Part shown: positions 18,812-27,073 of the stretch, in pieces
Position numbering within the stretch: position 1 is the stretch's first letter
Layout of the letters: the number at the start of each line of letters is the position of its first letter
Assembly (NCBI GenBank): GCA_001695645.1
Contig: LVZN01000014.1
Coordinates: forward strand, 1 to 32,000
From: Erysipelotrichaceae bacterium MTC7
Lineage (GTDB): Bacteria; Bacillota_I; Bacilli_A; Erysipelotrichales; Erysipelotrichaceae
DNA: 32,000 bases
Direction of reading: 5' to 3'
Position numbers and translations under genes: made by a program
Notes under the pieces: model-generated
Databases searched by the model: none
What the model was told of the DNA's origin: nothing
The model's input: the letters and a program-made list of their open reading frames with translations, nothing else

Positions 18812-21391
18812 CTATCTTGGTCTTCCAAAACCATAAAAGTGTGATTTCCAATATTTTGAATTTATTGATGTGTATTGAATTGGATCTCCTGCGTGAATCA
18901 TCATTCCGTTACCTGCGTATATTCCCACGTGAGATATTGGTGTTCCACTGTTATATGTTGAGTGGAAAAATATAATATCTCCAGGCTGAGCTTCACTTGG
19001 ACTTACTGGATTGCAATAGTCTTTGTATATTCTCCATGCAGTTGTTCTTGGCATTCTCTTTACTCCAGACTTAGTAAATGACCAACATACAAAACCTGAA
19101 CAGTCAAAGTTAGATGGTCCACTTGCTCCAAACACATATCTTTTGCCTATATGTTTTTCTGCTTCATTAAATAAGGCTTTGGCAGTAGCTGAATCAAAAG
19201 CAAGACCAGGATTTCCAAAGTTTGGATTATCTACTATTTCTCCTAAATCCCCATTACCTGATCCAAAAACATCACCCATATTCCCCTTAGCTTCAAGAAG
19301 AGCTTCATAATGAACTACATTGTCTGGATAATCTTTAAATATTTCCCTAACAACTTCATCCATTTCTTTTTTCTTTAAAGTTACAATTAACTTTTTATAT
19401 TCGTACTCTTCCTTTTCATAGCTAGTATAAGGATTTCCACGACTATCATATCTAGTTCTTGCTACTGTTCTTGTTCTAATTTCAATTTCTTCCTTAAAGT
19501 CAAGCTTATACATCTTGTCGAAAAGTTCTTTTAAAATTCCTTTTACTTCAGATGCTGATTTTACTTCTCCACATCTTGAAGTTATATAGGATAAAAGTTC
19601 GTGGGTATTATGACCAATTTCTCCTTCTTTGTTTATGATATATTCGTCATATCCAGGATGACTTGTTTTTACACTTTCGATTTGTGATTGTAGGTCATAT
19701 TCCATTGATGAAAATTCTTGATTTACTTCACTTAGAACTGTGTCTTGTGATAGGTATGTTGTTGTCATTACTGAGTTAACAGAGTTACTTAATCCACTCA
19801 TACCAACACTTCCACCACCAATCATGATTGATAGCATAAGACCTAGCCCTATTACTAGAAATAGAACCATCTTGCTTTTTCTTACTATTAGCTCTTTAGA
19901 AGCCTTACCTAAACTTAAAATAGCTTTTTTAACTCTATCTACAAGTCTTGTTTCGTGCTTTTTAGCTATAATGCTCTTCATTTGTTTTCTCTGGTAAAAC
20001 TTCTTAAATCTATTTTTCTTTATATAGGCATCTGACTTTTTTAAATCTTCCAAGCCACTTTTAAACTCCAACTTGCTTTTTCTCTTTTTTATTTTCTTAT
20101 CAAGTTTAGATAGCTTTTTTAAGGACTTTTTCTTTTTGTCTAACTTATACTTCCTTATTCCATGCTGGAGTTTAGAGCTTACATTAGCGACCTTCTCTCC
20201 AGATTCTACACCAGTATTGTCCGATCCTGAACTTAGATAATCTCTCACTAACTCTGCTGACTTAGCTCCAGATAATAAAACCCCAGAAGATAGACTTCCT
20301 TTAGTTTTATTCTTTAAGATATTATCCTTTAACTTGCTTTTAGACTTTTCAAGCTCTCCAATCTTTTTATCTGAGATAAAATCTTTAACATCTTGTGCCT
20401 TCTTAGAATCTTTCGTTGTAACTTTCTTAGATTCATTTTTTAAGTCATCGATTTTCTTTCGAGTAAATTTATCACTTTCATAATTTTTTCTTTTGTAGTA
20501 AGTCTTCTTTTTATTAACTTTCTTTTGTTCTGAAGGTTTAAGACTTGTTTCCTTTTCATCTTTTATAAATTCTTGATTATTTTCTTTAACCTTCGAATTA
20601 TCAAAAGTTTTATCTGCATCAACTTCGTTTAGCTTATTTTCTTTATCTATCTCTTTAGAAATTTTTTCCTTATCTCTAAAATTCTTTTCTTGATAAAGTT
20701 TCTGCTTTTGCTTTTTATCGATATTAGCATTACTCTCATTATTGCTTACTTCATCTTTAACAAGCTTATCTTTTTTATATACTCTCTTGCTTTTCCTTGC
20801 TTCGATAGGTTTATCTTCGCTTGTGTGGATTCTCTTAGACTCTCTCTCGTTGATTTTGTCTTGGAATTTATCCTTACTATGGATAAGTTTATTCTCGTAA
20901 TTTTTGAGAACTTGTCTTTTACTTGATGGCTTCTTATTGCTTATTACTTCAGAGTTCGCTGAAATATCATCTGTTGTTAGTTTATCAGGATTAATATTTC
21001 TACTATTTTCACTATCAAAATTTACTTTTTTGAAGTCTACATCTAAGTCTTCATCAAGTTTAAAGCTTTCATCTGTCCTTATTTCAAGATTAGCTTGTTT
21101 TATTTCTCCAGCCTTATCCTTATTATCTAAAACTTCTTTTCTGATTCTTTCCTTGTTTTTAGCCTTCTGAAAATCTTTTAGTTTATCTTGTTTTTGATCT
21201 TTAGCTAATACATTCTCATGGATAAGTTTAGATTCTTTTTCTGAAATTTTATCTCCGAACCTATCCTTAGTCTTAATTATCTTATTGGTATAATCATCTG
21301 AATGAACAAGTTTACTTTCAAGATTCTTTTCAGGAGAGTCCCTATTTCGTATAATTTTCTTTTGAAAATCTTTTTTTAGTTTTTTATCCAT
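18812..21391 (-). CDS. Transfer-associated cell-wall hydrolase: K-rich N-terminus, TM, CD1108-like region, C-terminal NlpC/P60 domain
   Basis: TM MVLFLVIGLGLMLSIMIGG. NlpC/P60 catalytic Cys in NFDCSGFVCWSF and His in HVGIYAGNGMMIHAG. Confidence 0.88.
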   Translation of the reverse strand: MDKKLKKDFQKKIIRNRDSPEKNLESKLVHSDDYTNKIIKTKDRFGDKISEKESKLIHENVLAKDQKQDKLKDFQKAKNKERIRKEVLDNKDKAGEIKQANLEIRTDESFKLDEDLDVDFKKVNFDSENSRNINPDKLTTDDISANSEVISNKKPSSKRQVLKNYENKLIHSKDKFQDKINERESKRIHTSEDKPIEARKSKRVYKKDKLVKDEVSNNESNANIDKKQKQKLYQEKNFRDKEKISKEIDKENKLNEVDADKTFDNSKVKENNQEFIKDEKETSLKPSEQKKVNKKKTYYKRKNYESDKFTRKKIDDLKNESKKVTTKDSKKAQDVKDFISDKKIGELEKSKSKLKDNILKNKTKGSLSSGVLLSGAKSAELVRDYLSSGSDNTGVESGEKVANVSSKLQHGIRKYKLDKKKKSLKKLSKLDKKIKKRKSKLEFKSGLEDLKKSDAYIKKNRFKKFYQRKQMKSIIAKKHETRLVDRVKKAILSLGKASKELIVRKSKMVLFLVIGLGLMLSIMIGGGSVGMSGLSNSVNSVMTTTYLSQDTVLSEVNQEFSSMEYDLQSQIESVKTSHPGYDEYIINKEGEIGHNTHELLSYITSRCGEVKSASEVKGILKELFDKMYKLDFKEEIEIRTRTVARTRYDSRGNPYTSYEKEEYEYKKLIVTLKKKEMDEVVREIFKDYPDNVVHYEALLEAKGNMGDVFGSGNGDLGEIVDNPNFGNPGLAFDSATAKALFNEAEKHIGKRYVFGASGPSNFDCSGFVCWSFTKSGVKRMPRTTAWRIYKDYCNPVSPSEAQPGDIIFFHSTYNSGTPISHVGIYAGNGMMIHAGDPIQYTSINSKYWKSHFYGFGRPR

Positions 21392-21398
21392 ATCACAC

Positions 21399-23822
21399 CT
21401 ACTTAGCTTCTTCTGGTTTTGTTGTCATCAGCTTATATAACATGGTGTCTTTAGGGAATTTATCAATAAAGGGAACAATAGTATTTCCAAAGAATAGTAA
21501 TCCCTCACCTGCATTTGAATTAGTAATATAGTTTAACTGATAAGGCGATATTTTTAATTTCTTAGCAAGAATATCTCTATCTCCAGATGCTTGATTTAAC
21601 ATTAGAACAAAGTCTGTATTATCAAAGATATTTTCAATTTCCTGACTTGTTAAAAGGTCTTTTACGTTTTGAGTTATACCTGTTGGAATACCACCCCATT
21701 TTCTAAATCTTTTCCAGATTTCTACTGAATATGAAGCAGTTTGTGGATCTTTTAATAAAAGGTGGAACTCATCTATATAGTATCTTGTAGACTTGCTTCC
21801 TCTATTAAGGGAAACCTTATTCCAAACCTGGTCTTGAATTACAAGCATACCTATTTTTTTAAGTTGTGTTCCTAGTTCTTTTATATCAAAACAAAGCAGT
21901 TGCCTATTTAGGTCAACATTTGACCTATTATTAAAGACATTAAGACTTCCCTTAACATAAATTTCCATTTCTGTTGCTAGTTTCCTACCAACTCCCTCTT
22001 CTTGAGATAGGAGCATTTCGTATAAATCTCCTAATATAGGCATATTTTCTGGTTTTGGGTCTTCAAAATATTTTTGGTATATCTTTGGCAAGCACCTATC
22101 TATAACAGATTTTTCTGCAGCAGTTAGACCAGATCCTCCAACCACAAGTTCAAGCATAGACATTATGAAGTTTGCCTTATCCTTTAAAGGTGCGTCCCCA
22201 TCTCCATAGTTCATATTAATATCTAGTGGATTTAGGTAGTCCTTTGACTTTGCCGAAACTTTAATAACTTCTCCATTAAATTGTTTTACAAGGTTTGAAT
22301 ACTCGCCTTCAGGATCACAAATAATTACATCATCGTCTGTTACAAGAATTGCATTTGCCATTTCTCTCTTTGCTGAGAAAGATTTACCAGAACCTGGTGT
22401 TCCTAATATTAGTCCGTTAGGGTTCTTAAGTTTCTTCCTATCTGCCATAATCAAGTTTTGGCTAAGGGCGTTTAATCCATAGTACAAAGAATTTGCCGAA
22501 TCAATAAATAGCTCTTCTGTTGTAAAAGGCATAAATACTGCCGTTGATGATGAAGTTAAAAATCTTTTTATTTCGACTTGATTAACTCCTAGAGGTAAGA
22601 CAGAAACAAGTCCTTGCTCTTGTTGGTGAGATAATCTTTTTACCTGACAATTATGTCTATTTGCAATTGATGATATTTGAGCAATAGTATTTTCTAATTT
22701 TTGATTAGTCCTTGCAAAATTCATCATTACTATGGATACTACAAAGAGCCTTTCATCTCTATTTTGTAAGTCAGATAACATGGACTTAACATCAGCCCCA
22801 AAAGTATTTATATCTGATGGAATAATATCCATATCATATCCAGCACGAACTGCTTTCTTTTGTTCTTCGATTTTCATTCTATCCAGGTCTGTGTTTTTTC
22901 TCTTAATGAGTTTAATGGCTTCTGCTTGTTCAACTACATCTATATGAAAAGCTACATAAATATTGTCATCAATATCTAAAAACTCAGATAACATTCTGTC
23001 TGATATCTCACTTGCAAGTATTTGAAAATGACTTACTGCTCCAATGAATTTCCCAAATTTAAAATTATTTGCTGGTGCAAAATTAAAGATATTGGGAGTT
23101 ATATGTGATTTTGTAGACTCTTTCTTCTTCAAATCTTTATATGAAAAATCAAAGCTCTTGTCGGGATTTAACATATCGTGAACAAGTCTTAGTCTTTCTT
23201 CGCCATCAAGGCTCTCTGCTCTTACTCCCATAGATTTAAAGTTAGATAAAATATCTACTTCAAGTCTATTTAACTTTGCTCTTGCTTGTTCTAGGTTATC
23301 GGCTTCTGTTGTAAAGGTTATATACTTCATCTTTTTAAGTCCGTTATTGCCCTTTGCAAGTTGAAGCTTTAGCATCTCCCTAAACTCTTTTCTTACATCG
23401 TCATAGAAATCTCCCTTATCAGCAATTTTAATTGCATCTTGTAAGTCCTTATTTCTTCCTAATTGATTTACATACGAAAGTTCAATATGGACACTTGGAT
23501 CGAAAGAATTTAAAAAGTTGGCAAATTGGTTAAAGATTAAATCTCTATCTTCTTCCAATGCCAACTGGTAATTTATATCTTGAAATGAAATTGTCTTTGA
23601 ATAATTTTTTTCATCTAACTGGCAAATGCCCTCTGGTAATATTCTTATATAAGGAATTGTATCCTCAACTGTAAATCTCTTTTTCTCTTTCTTTAAAAGT
23701 ACACTTAGAAGACTATTTGTTGGATCTTTCTTTGTTTTTAGCCTTCTTACTTCCTTTCGGTCTTTTTTTAATTGTTTTTCCCTTAGATTTAAGTCGCTGA
23801 TTTGCTTTTTTCTTTGCTTCAA
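21399..23822 (-). CDS. VirB4-like conjugal transfer ATPase (CD1110-like)
   Basis: Walker A GTPGSGKSF and Walker B YYIDEFH. TTG start at 23822 with a strong SD aaaggagg 6 nt upstream. Conserved N-terminal RFTVEDTIPY. Confidence 0.9.
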   Translation of the reverse strand: MKQRKKQISDLNLREKQLKKDRKEVRRLKTKKDPTNSLLSVLLKKEKKRFTVEDTIPYIRILPEGICQLDEKNYSKTISFQDINYQLALEEDRDLIFNQFANFLNSFDPSVHIELSYVNQLGRNKDLQDAIKIADKGDFYDDVRKEFREMLKLQLAKGNNGLKKMKYITFTTEADNLEQARAKLNRLEVDILSNFKSMGVRAESLDGEERLRLVHDMLNPDKSFDFSYKDLKKKESTKSHITPNIFNFAPANNFKFGKFIGAVSHFQILASEISDRMLSEFLDIDDNIYVAFHIDVVEQAEAIKLIKRKNTDLDRMKIEEQKKAVRAGYDMDIIPSDINTFGADVKSMLSDLQNRDERLFVVSIVMMNFARTNQKLENTIAQISSIANRHNCQVKRLSHQQEQGLVSVLPLGVNQVEIKRFLTSSSTAVFMPFTTEELFIDSANSLYYGLNALSQNLIMADRKKLKNPNGLILGTPGSGKSFSAKREMANAILVTDDDVIICDPEGEYSNLVKQFNGEVIKVSAKSKDYLNPLDINMNYGDGDAPLKDKANFIMSMLELVVGGSGLTAAEKSVIDRCLPKIYQKYFEDPKPENMPILGDLYEMLLSQEEGVGRKLATEMEIYVKGSLNVFNNRSNVDLNRQLLCFDIKELGTQLKKIGMLVIQDQVWNKVSLNRGSKSTRYYIDEFHLLLKDPQTASYSVEIWKRFRKWGGIPTGITQNVKDLLTSQEIENIFDNTDFVLMLNQASGDRDILAKKLKISPYQLNYITNSNAGEGLLFFGNTIVPFIDKFPKDTMLYKLMTTKPEEAK

Positions 23823-24123
23823 GGTATTCCTCCTTTCTTATTCTCTTAGTTGGTTGATAAAACTTGTGAAGATAGAAAAATTTAAAATATTTTTCAAAAG
23901 TTAAGGTGTCTTTTTCATATAAGGTTATAAAAAAGATTGGCAGGGTTACTATTAGCATTACAATGATTGAAACATCATTAGGTAGATATTTCTTCATAAA
24001 TAAATAGGTTGGTATGCCAATTAGTCCTGCCACAGAAAAACCTATAAGTTGTCTTTTCGTTAAGTTAAAGGCAACTTTTGTTTTTATCTTGTCCAAATCT
24101 TTTGGTATTGGTACATATGCCAT
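23713..24123 (-). CDS. PrgI/TcpE-like two-TM transfer protein
   Basis: MAYVPIPKDLDKIKTKVAFNLTKRQLIGF followed by two TM spans. The K-rich tail overlaps the VirB4 start by 110 nt. Confidence 0.7.
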   Translation of the reverse strand: MAYVPIPKDLDKIKTKVAFNLTKRQLIGFSVAGLIGIPTYLFMKKYLPNDVSIIVMLIVTLPIFFITLYEKDTLTFEKYFKFFYLHKFYQPTKRIRKEEYLEAKKKANQRLKSKGKTIKKRPKGSKKAKNKERSNK

Positions 24124-24124
24124 T

Positions 24125-24415
24125 TTAATCTCCCTCTACTTCTTCTTTGGAAAGTTCAAGTATATGGTCATAATTTGATGTTGTTTCTTCTTCTAGGTAG
24201 CTAATTCTTTCTTCTAATTCTTCTTGTTTTTCTTCATTTTTGTCATTGTATTCTCCTTGATACATAACAAATTCATTGTGACATCTTCCGAGTCTATTTA
24301 TTCTCCTCTTTAAGTTTCTAATCTCTTCATTTCTTTTCTTCTCTTTTAAGATTTCATAAGTTCCTCCCAATAAAATTCCAAGTCCCAATAAAGCACAATT
24401 TTTCTTTTTTAACAT
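24125..24415 (-). CDS. Small membrane-anchored coiled-coil protein, unknown function
   Basis: From the ORF track. N-terminal hydrophobic CALLGLGILLGG followed by a charged helix. Tightly packed between the VirB6-like and PrgI-like genes. Confidence 0.55.
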   Translation of the reverse strand: MLKKKNCALLGLGILLGGTYEILKEKKRNEEIRNLKRRINRLGRCHNEFVMYQGEYNDKNEEKQEELEERISYLEEETTSNYDHILELSKEEVEGD

Positions 24416-24424
24416 TTATTCCTC

Positions 24425-25288
24425 CTAGTGCGTATTCATAATACTTTTTGCAATTGTTCCACTCTTAAACATCATAAGTCCAAGTAGTAGAGCATATCCT
24501 AATATACTAAACAAGCTTGCGTGAATATCTGTAACCTGTACCGTTCTTATTAAAACGGTGTAGATACCTAAACATATCATCAAAAACAAACCTTGTAGTC
24601 CCAAGGCAAAAAGTCCCTTGATATAATTTGTTCCAATCTGACCCCATTCTTTATTTCCCATAGTCGCAAATGGTATGGATGATACTGATGAGTAGACATA
24701 TATTTCAAACATACGCCCATATACTATTAAGGTAATAGTTAAAGATATACATTGAATTGCAATCCTAACAAGGCTAGTTTCGACTAATATCATTATTAAT
24801 GCACCAACATCTTTTTCTTTTAATGTATCAACCATTGCAACTATTTGATCTCCTGAAACAGTGGCAGAAGTAGTGATTACCCCTGCCGCTTTGTTTACAA
24901 GATTTTGTGCCACATCAAAGACTGCCATTGAAAATTCAAAGGCATGGCTTGCAAGGTAGACTGCTATAAACATCTTTATAATGTATTTGAAAAACTCAAA
25001 AGTATCTGTATCATGCATATTATTCTTTTGCATAACCATATTTATGAGTTCAATACATAAAACTGCTGTTATGATAAGACCTGCTATTGGAACAATCACA
25101 TTATCATTAATGTTTTTTATGAAGTTATATACTTCTCCATTCCAACCCATGGGTGTTTTCCCAACATCAGTTGCAATAACTCCTACCTTCTCATTTATAT
25201 CTAAGAACATGGACTCAAGATTTGCTTTGATACCTCCGAGTAGCATATCCTTAAAAAATTCAGTTAGCTTGTCAAAGATACCAAACAT
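24425..25288 (-). CDS. VirB6/TrbL-like polytopic membrane protein (CD1112-like)
   Basis: 287 aa with about 6 TM spans, positioned between the Maff2-like and PrgI-like genes. Confidence 0.75.
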   Translation of the reverse strand: MFGIFDKLTEFFKDMLLGGIKANLESMFLDINEKVGVIATDVGKTPMGWNGEVYNFIKNINDNVIVPIAGLIITAVLCIELINMVMQKNNMHDTDTFEFFKYIIKMFIAVYLASHAFEFSMAVFDVAQNLVNKAAGVITTSATVSGDQIVAMVDTLKEKDVGALIMILVETSLVRIAIQCISLTITLIVYGRMFEIYVYSSVSSIPFATMGNKEWGQIGTNYIKGLFALGLQGLFLMICLGIYTVLIRTVQVTDIHASLFSILGYALLLGLMMFKSGTIAKSIMNTH

Positions 25289-25298
25289 AGATTTTCTC

Positions 25299-25514
25299 CT
25301 AATTTAAAACATTTGCAAGTAGTGGAATTAATTTAATACCGATTAGTACAATTCCTCCACCAGCCATAAGCTGCTTAATACCTTGAGATTTAGCACCAGG
25401 GTTATCATTACCATAACCTTCCATTAAGTTAATAACTCCCCACGCTCCTAAACCTGCACCAATTGCAGTTACAAGTGTCTTTAAAACTCCAACTCCAGCT
25501 GTAAAAAATTCCAT
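25299..25514 (-). CDS. Maff2-like small membrane protein
   Basis: 71 aa, G/A-rich with two TMs: GVGVLKTLVTAIGAGLGAWGVINLMEGYGNDNPGAKSQG. Confidence 0.7.
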   Translation of the reverse strand: MEFFTAGVGVLKTLVTAIGAGLGAWGVINLMEGYGNDNPGAKSQGIKQLMAGGGIVLIGIKLIPLLANVLN

Positions 25515-25515
25515 A

Positions 25516-25830
25516 TTATTCCTCCTCGTTTTCTTTCTCTTTATTTTCTATTTTGTTTAGTGATTTAACTATAAAGTTTTTGTAGACCTTATCTCCTTTT
25601 TTATTTTCTTTGAAATATCCAAAGACATGGATTAGATCTCCTTTTTCAAATTCTTTTACAATTTCTACCTTTTCTCCATATAATGAGCAATTTGTATATT
25701 CTTTGCCCTTTCCATATTTTTTAACAAGAGCAAAATTTGCTACTTGAACACTTTCTCCATCTTTTTCAAATTCTGAAAATTCAGCTTCCTTAACTAAATT
25801 TGCATTTATATTTATCATTTCTCTATCCAT
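25516..25830 (-). CDS. Minimal OB-fold SSB-like protein, first gene of the transfer block
   Basis: 104 aa, ININANLVKEAEF...VQVANFALVKK...YTNCSLYGEK...GDLIHVFGYFK. Paralogous to the C-terminal half of 3341..3997. RBS aaggag. Confidence 0.7.
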   Translation of the reverse strand: MDREMININANLVKEAEFSEFEKDGESVQVANFALVKKYGKGKEYTNCSLYGEKVEIVKEFEKGDLIHVFGYFKENKKGDKVYKNFIVKSLNKIENKEKENEEE

Positions 25831-25862
25831 TAATTTCTTCTCCTTAATCTATAAATTCCAAT

Positions 25863-25895
25863 TAAAAAAGCGACTGAATTTATATTTCAATCGCT
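25863..25895 (-). terminator. Intrinsic terminator immediately upstream of the transfer operon
   Basis: Minus-strand stem agcgattgaa / ttcagtcgct (10 bp, one G-U pair), a 7-nt loop, then T6. Confidence 0.7.
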
Positions 25896-25918
25896 AAATG
25901 TCTAATATATTAAATTAT

Positions 25919-25956
25919 TTAAGTGGGGCTTCTTATCCTTACCATTTTTACCTCCT
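25919..25956 (-). promoter_or_regulatory. 8-codon mini-ORF (MVRIRSPT) with a consensus SD, a possible leader peptide
   Basis: AGGAGG (25951-25956), a 5-nt spacer, ATG at 25945, TAA ending at 25919. It lies between two terminator hairpins. Confidence 0.3.
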
Positions 25957-25967
25957 AATTTTGAGTA

Positions 25968-26002
25968 TAAAAAAAGACGATAGAGTTTAATTATCTATCA
26001 TC
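25968..26002 (-). terminator. Intrinsic terminator (the upstream one of the pair)
   Basis: Minus-strand stem gatgataga / tctatcgtc (9 bp, one G-U pair), a 9-nt loop, then T7. Confidence 0.7.
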
Positions 26003-26042
26003 TCTTGCGTTCCTATTTAATTATTTGGCTCGACAAACTGGG

Positions 26043-26119
26043 ATTGTCTAAAATAGTAAAGCCGTACCGCTTACTATTTTTTCTTTTACTGCTGAAACAG
26101 TATCTTTGATTGAATGCGT
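26043..26119. repeat. 77-bp direct repeat, copy A (last ~65 nt plus stop plus a few nt of the P-loop kinase gene)
   Basis: Identical to 27074..27150 except for one mismatch (agtaaAgcc versus agtaaGgcc). Confidence 0.9.
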
Positions 26120-26165
26120 CATTAACTTGTTTCATTAAATCATATATATCCATTTGTACCACCAT

Positions 26166-26963
26166 TTATAAAACTTTCTTTATTTTATCAACTTGTTCTT
26201 CTACTTCTTCCGGATAGTTTTTAACCATATCATCAAAATCAGCAATTTCACGTGCCTTTATTAACATTGATACTCTTTTGATTAAATCTTCATCTGTATA
26301 TTTATAATAACTTAATACCTTATTTATAAAACCTGTTCCTAAATAATAAAGTGCAGCAATATCATAAGCAGGATCACCCATACCAGAGCCTTCAAAATCC
26401 ACTATTCCAACTAATTCGTTATTATCGTTAAGAATATAATTCTCATACCATAAATCTCCGTGTATAAAATGATAATCATTAAATGTTAATAAATAGTTTT
26501 TATATTCATTAAACCAAGATAATATTTTTTCATAATTAGATTCACTTAAATATTCTTTTAATTCAATAACACTTTGTTCAGTTATTTCTAATTCATTTTT
26601 TATATATTCATCTTTATCAAAATCAACTCTTATTTCATATAATTCATCCATAAATTCAGCGAGTTTTTTAGCAATATTATCTAAATTAACTATTTCAATA
26701 TGTTCTTTTCTAAAAGTATGTCCTTTAATCATTTTATAAATTAATGCGCCATTTGGATATTCTTCGCAAGGCTCAATCAATTCAATAATTCTTGGTATTT
26801 CCAACGATTTAACATTACTTATTTGATTAATTACGTTCACATATTTTTGATAGTTTTTATATGAATTTTGATTTACTCCATCAAGTAAAATATAATCATC
26901 ATTTATAATATATGCCTTACTATTAAAGCCTTCATTTATGTATTTTCTACTTATAATATCCAT
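26166..26963 (-). CDS. APH-family (aminoglycoside/antibiotic) O-phosphotransferase, subclass not assignable
   Basis: 265 aa. Catalytic loop FIHGDLWYENYIL, metal-binding GIVDFEGSGMGDPAYDIA, and a kinase-like N-lobe. RBS gaggtg. Very low GC. Confidence 0.8.
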   Translation of the reverse strand: MDIISRKYINEGFNSKAYIINDDYILLDGVNQNSYKNYQKYVNVINQISNVKSLEIPRIIELIEPCEEYPNGALIYKMIKGHTFRKEHIEIVNLDNIAKKLAEFMDELYEIRVDFDKDEYIKNELEITEQSVIELKEYLSESNYEKILSWFNEYKNYLLTFNDYHFIHGDLWYENYILNDNNELVGIVDFEGSGMGDPAYDIAALYYLGTGFINKVLSYYKYTDEDLIKRVSMLIKAREIADFDDMVKNYPEEVEEQVDKIKKVL

Positions 26964-27073
26964 CTTTGCACCTCATTCTTAATAACTAAATAGAGTCATA
27001 ATAATAAACATTTTCTGGCAATTCTTGATTAGGCAATTTGAATGTTCTAATTTTAACAAACTTACCACCAATA

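Larger units (their letters stand above)
1..26002 (-). mobile_element. Core of a Firmicutes-type conjugative element (ICE or conjugative plasmid); its ends are not in the window
   Basis: Uninterrupted co-directional minus-strand block. It contains VirB4-like, VirB6-like, PrgI-like, Maff2-like, NlpC/P60, DUF4366-like, TopB, methyltransferase and giant helicase/MTase genes. Gene order resembles the CD1107-CD1113-type modules of clostridial conjugative transposons (recollection). Confidence 0.8.

Noticed and set aside
18798-18851. N-terminal 18 codons (MEITLLWFWKTKIEGRYY) of track ORF 18558..18851
   Set aside because: This extension overlaps the P60 gene's 3' end and lacks an SD. The GTG at 18797 has agaagggag upstream and gives a DUF4315-sized protein.
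18619-21170. Plus-strand ORFs 18619..18801, 19023..19310, 19740..19997, 20690..20926 and 20904..21170
   Set aside because: They are antisense shadows of the DUF4315-like and NlpC/P60 genes.
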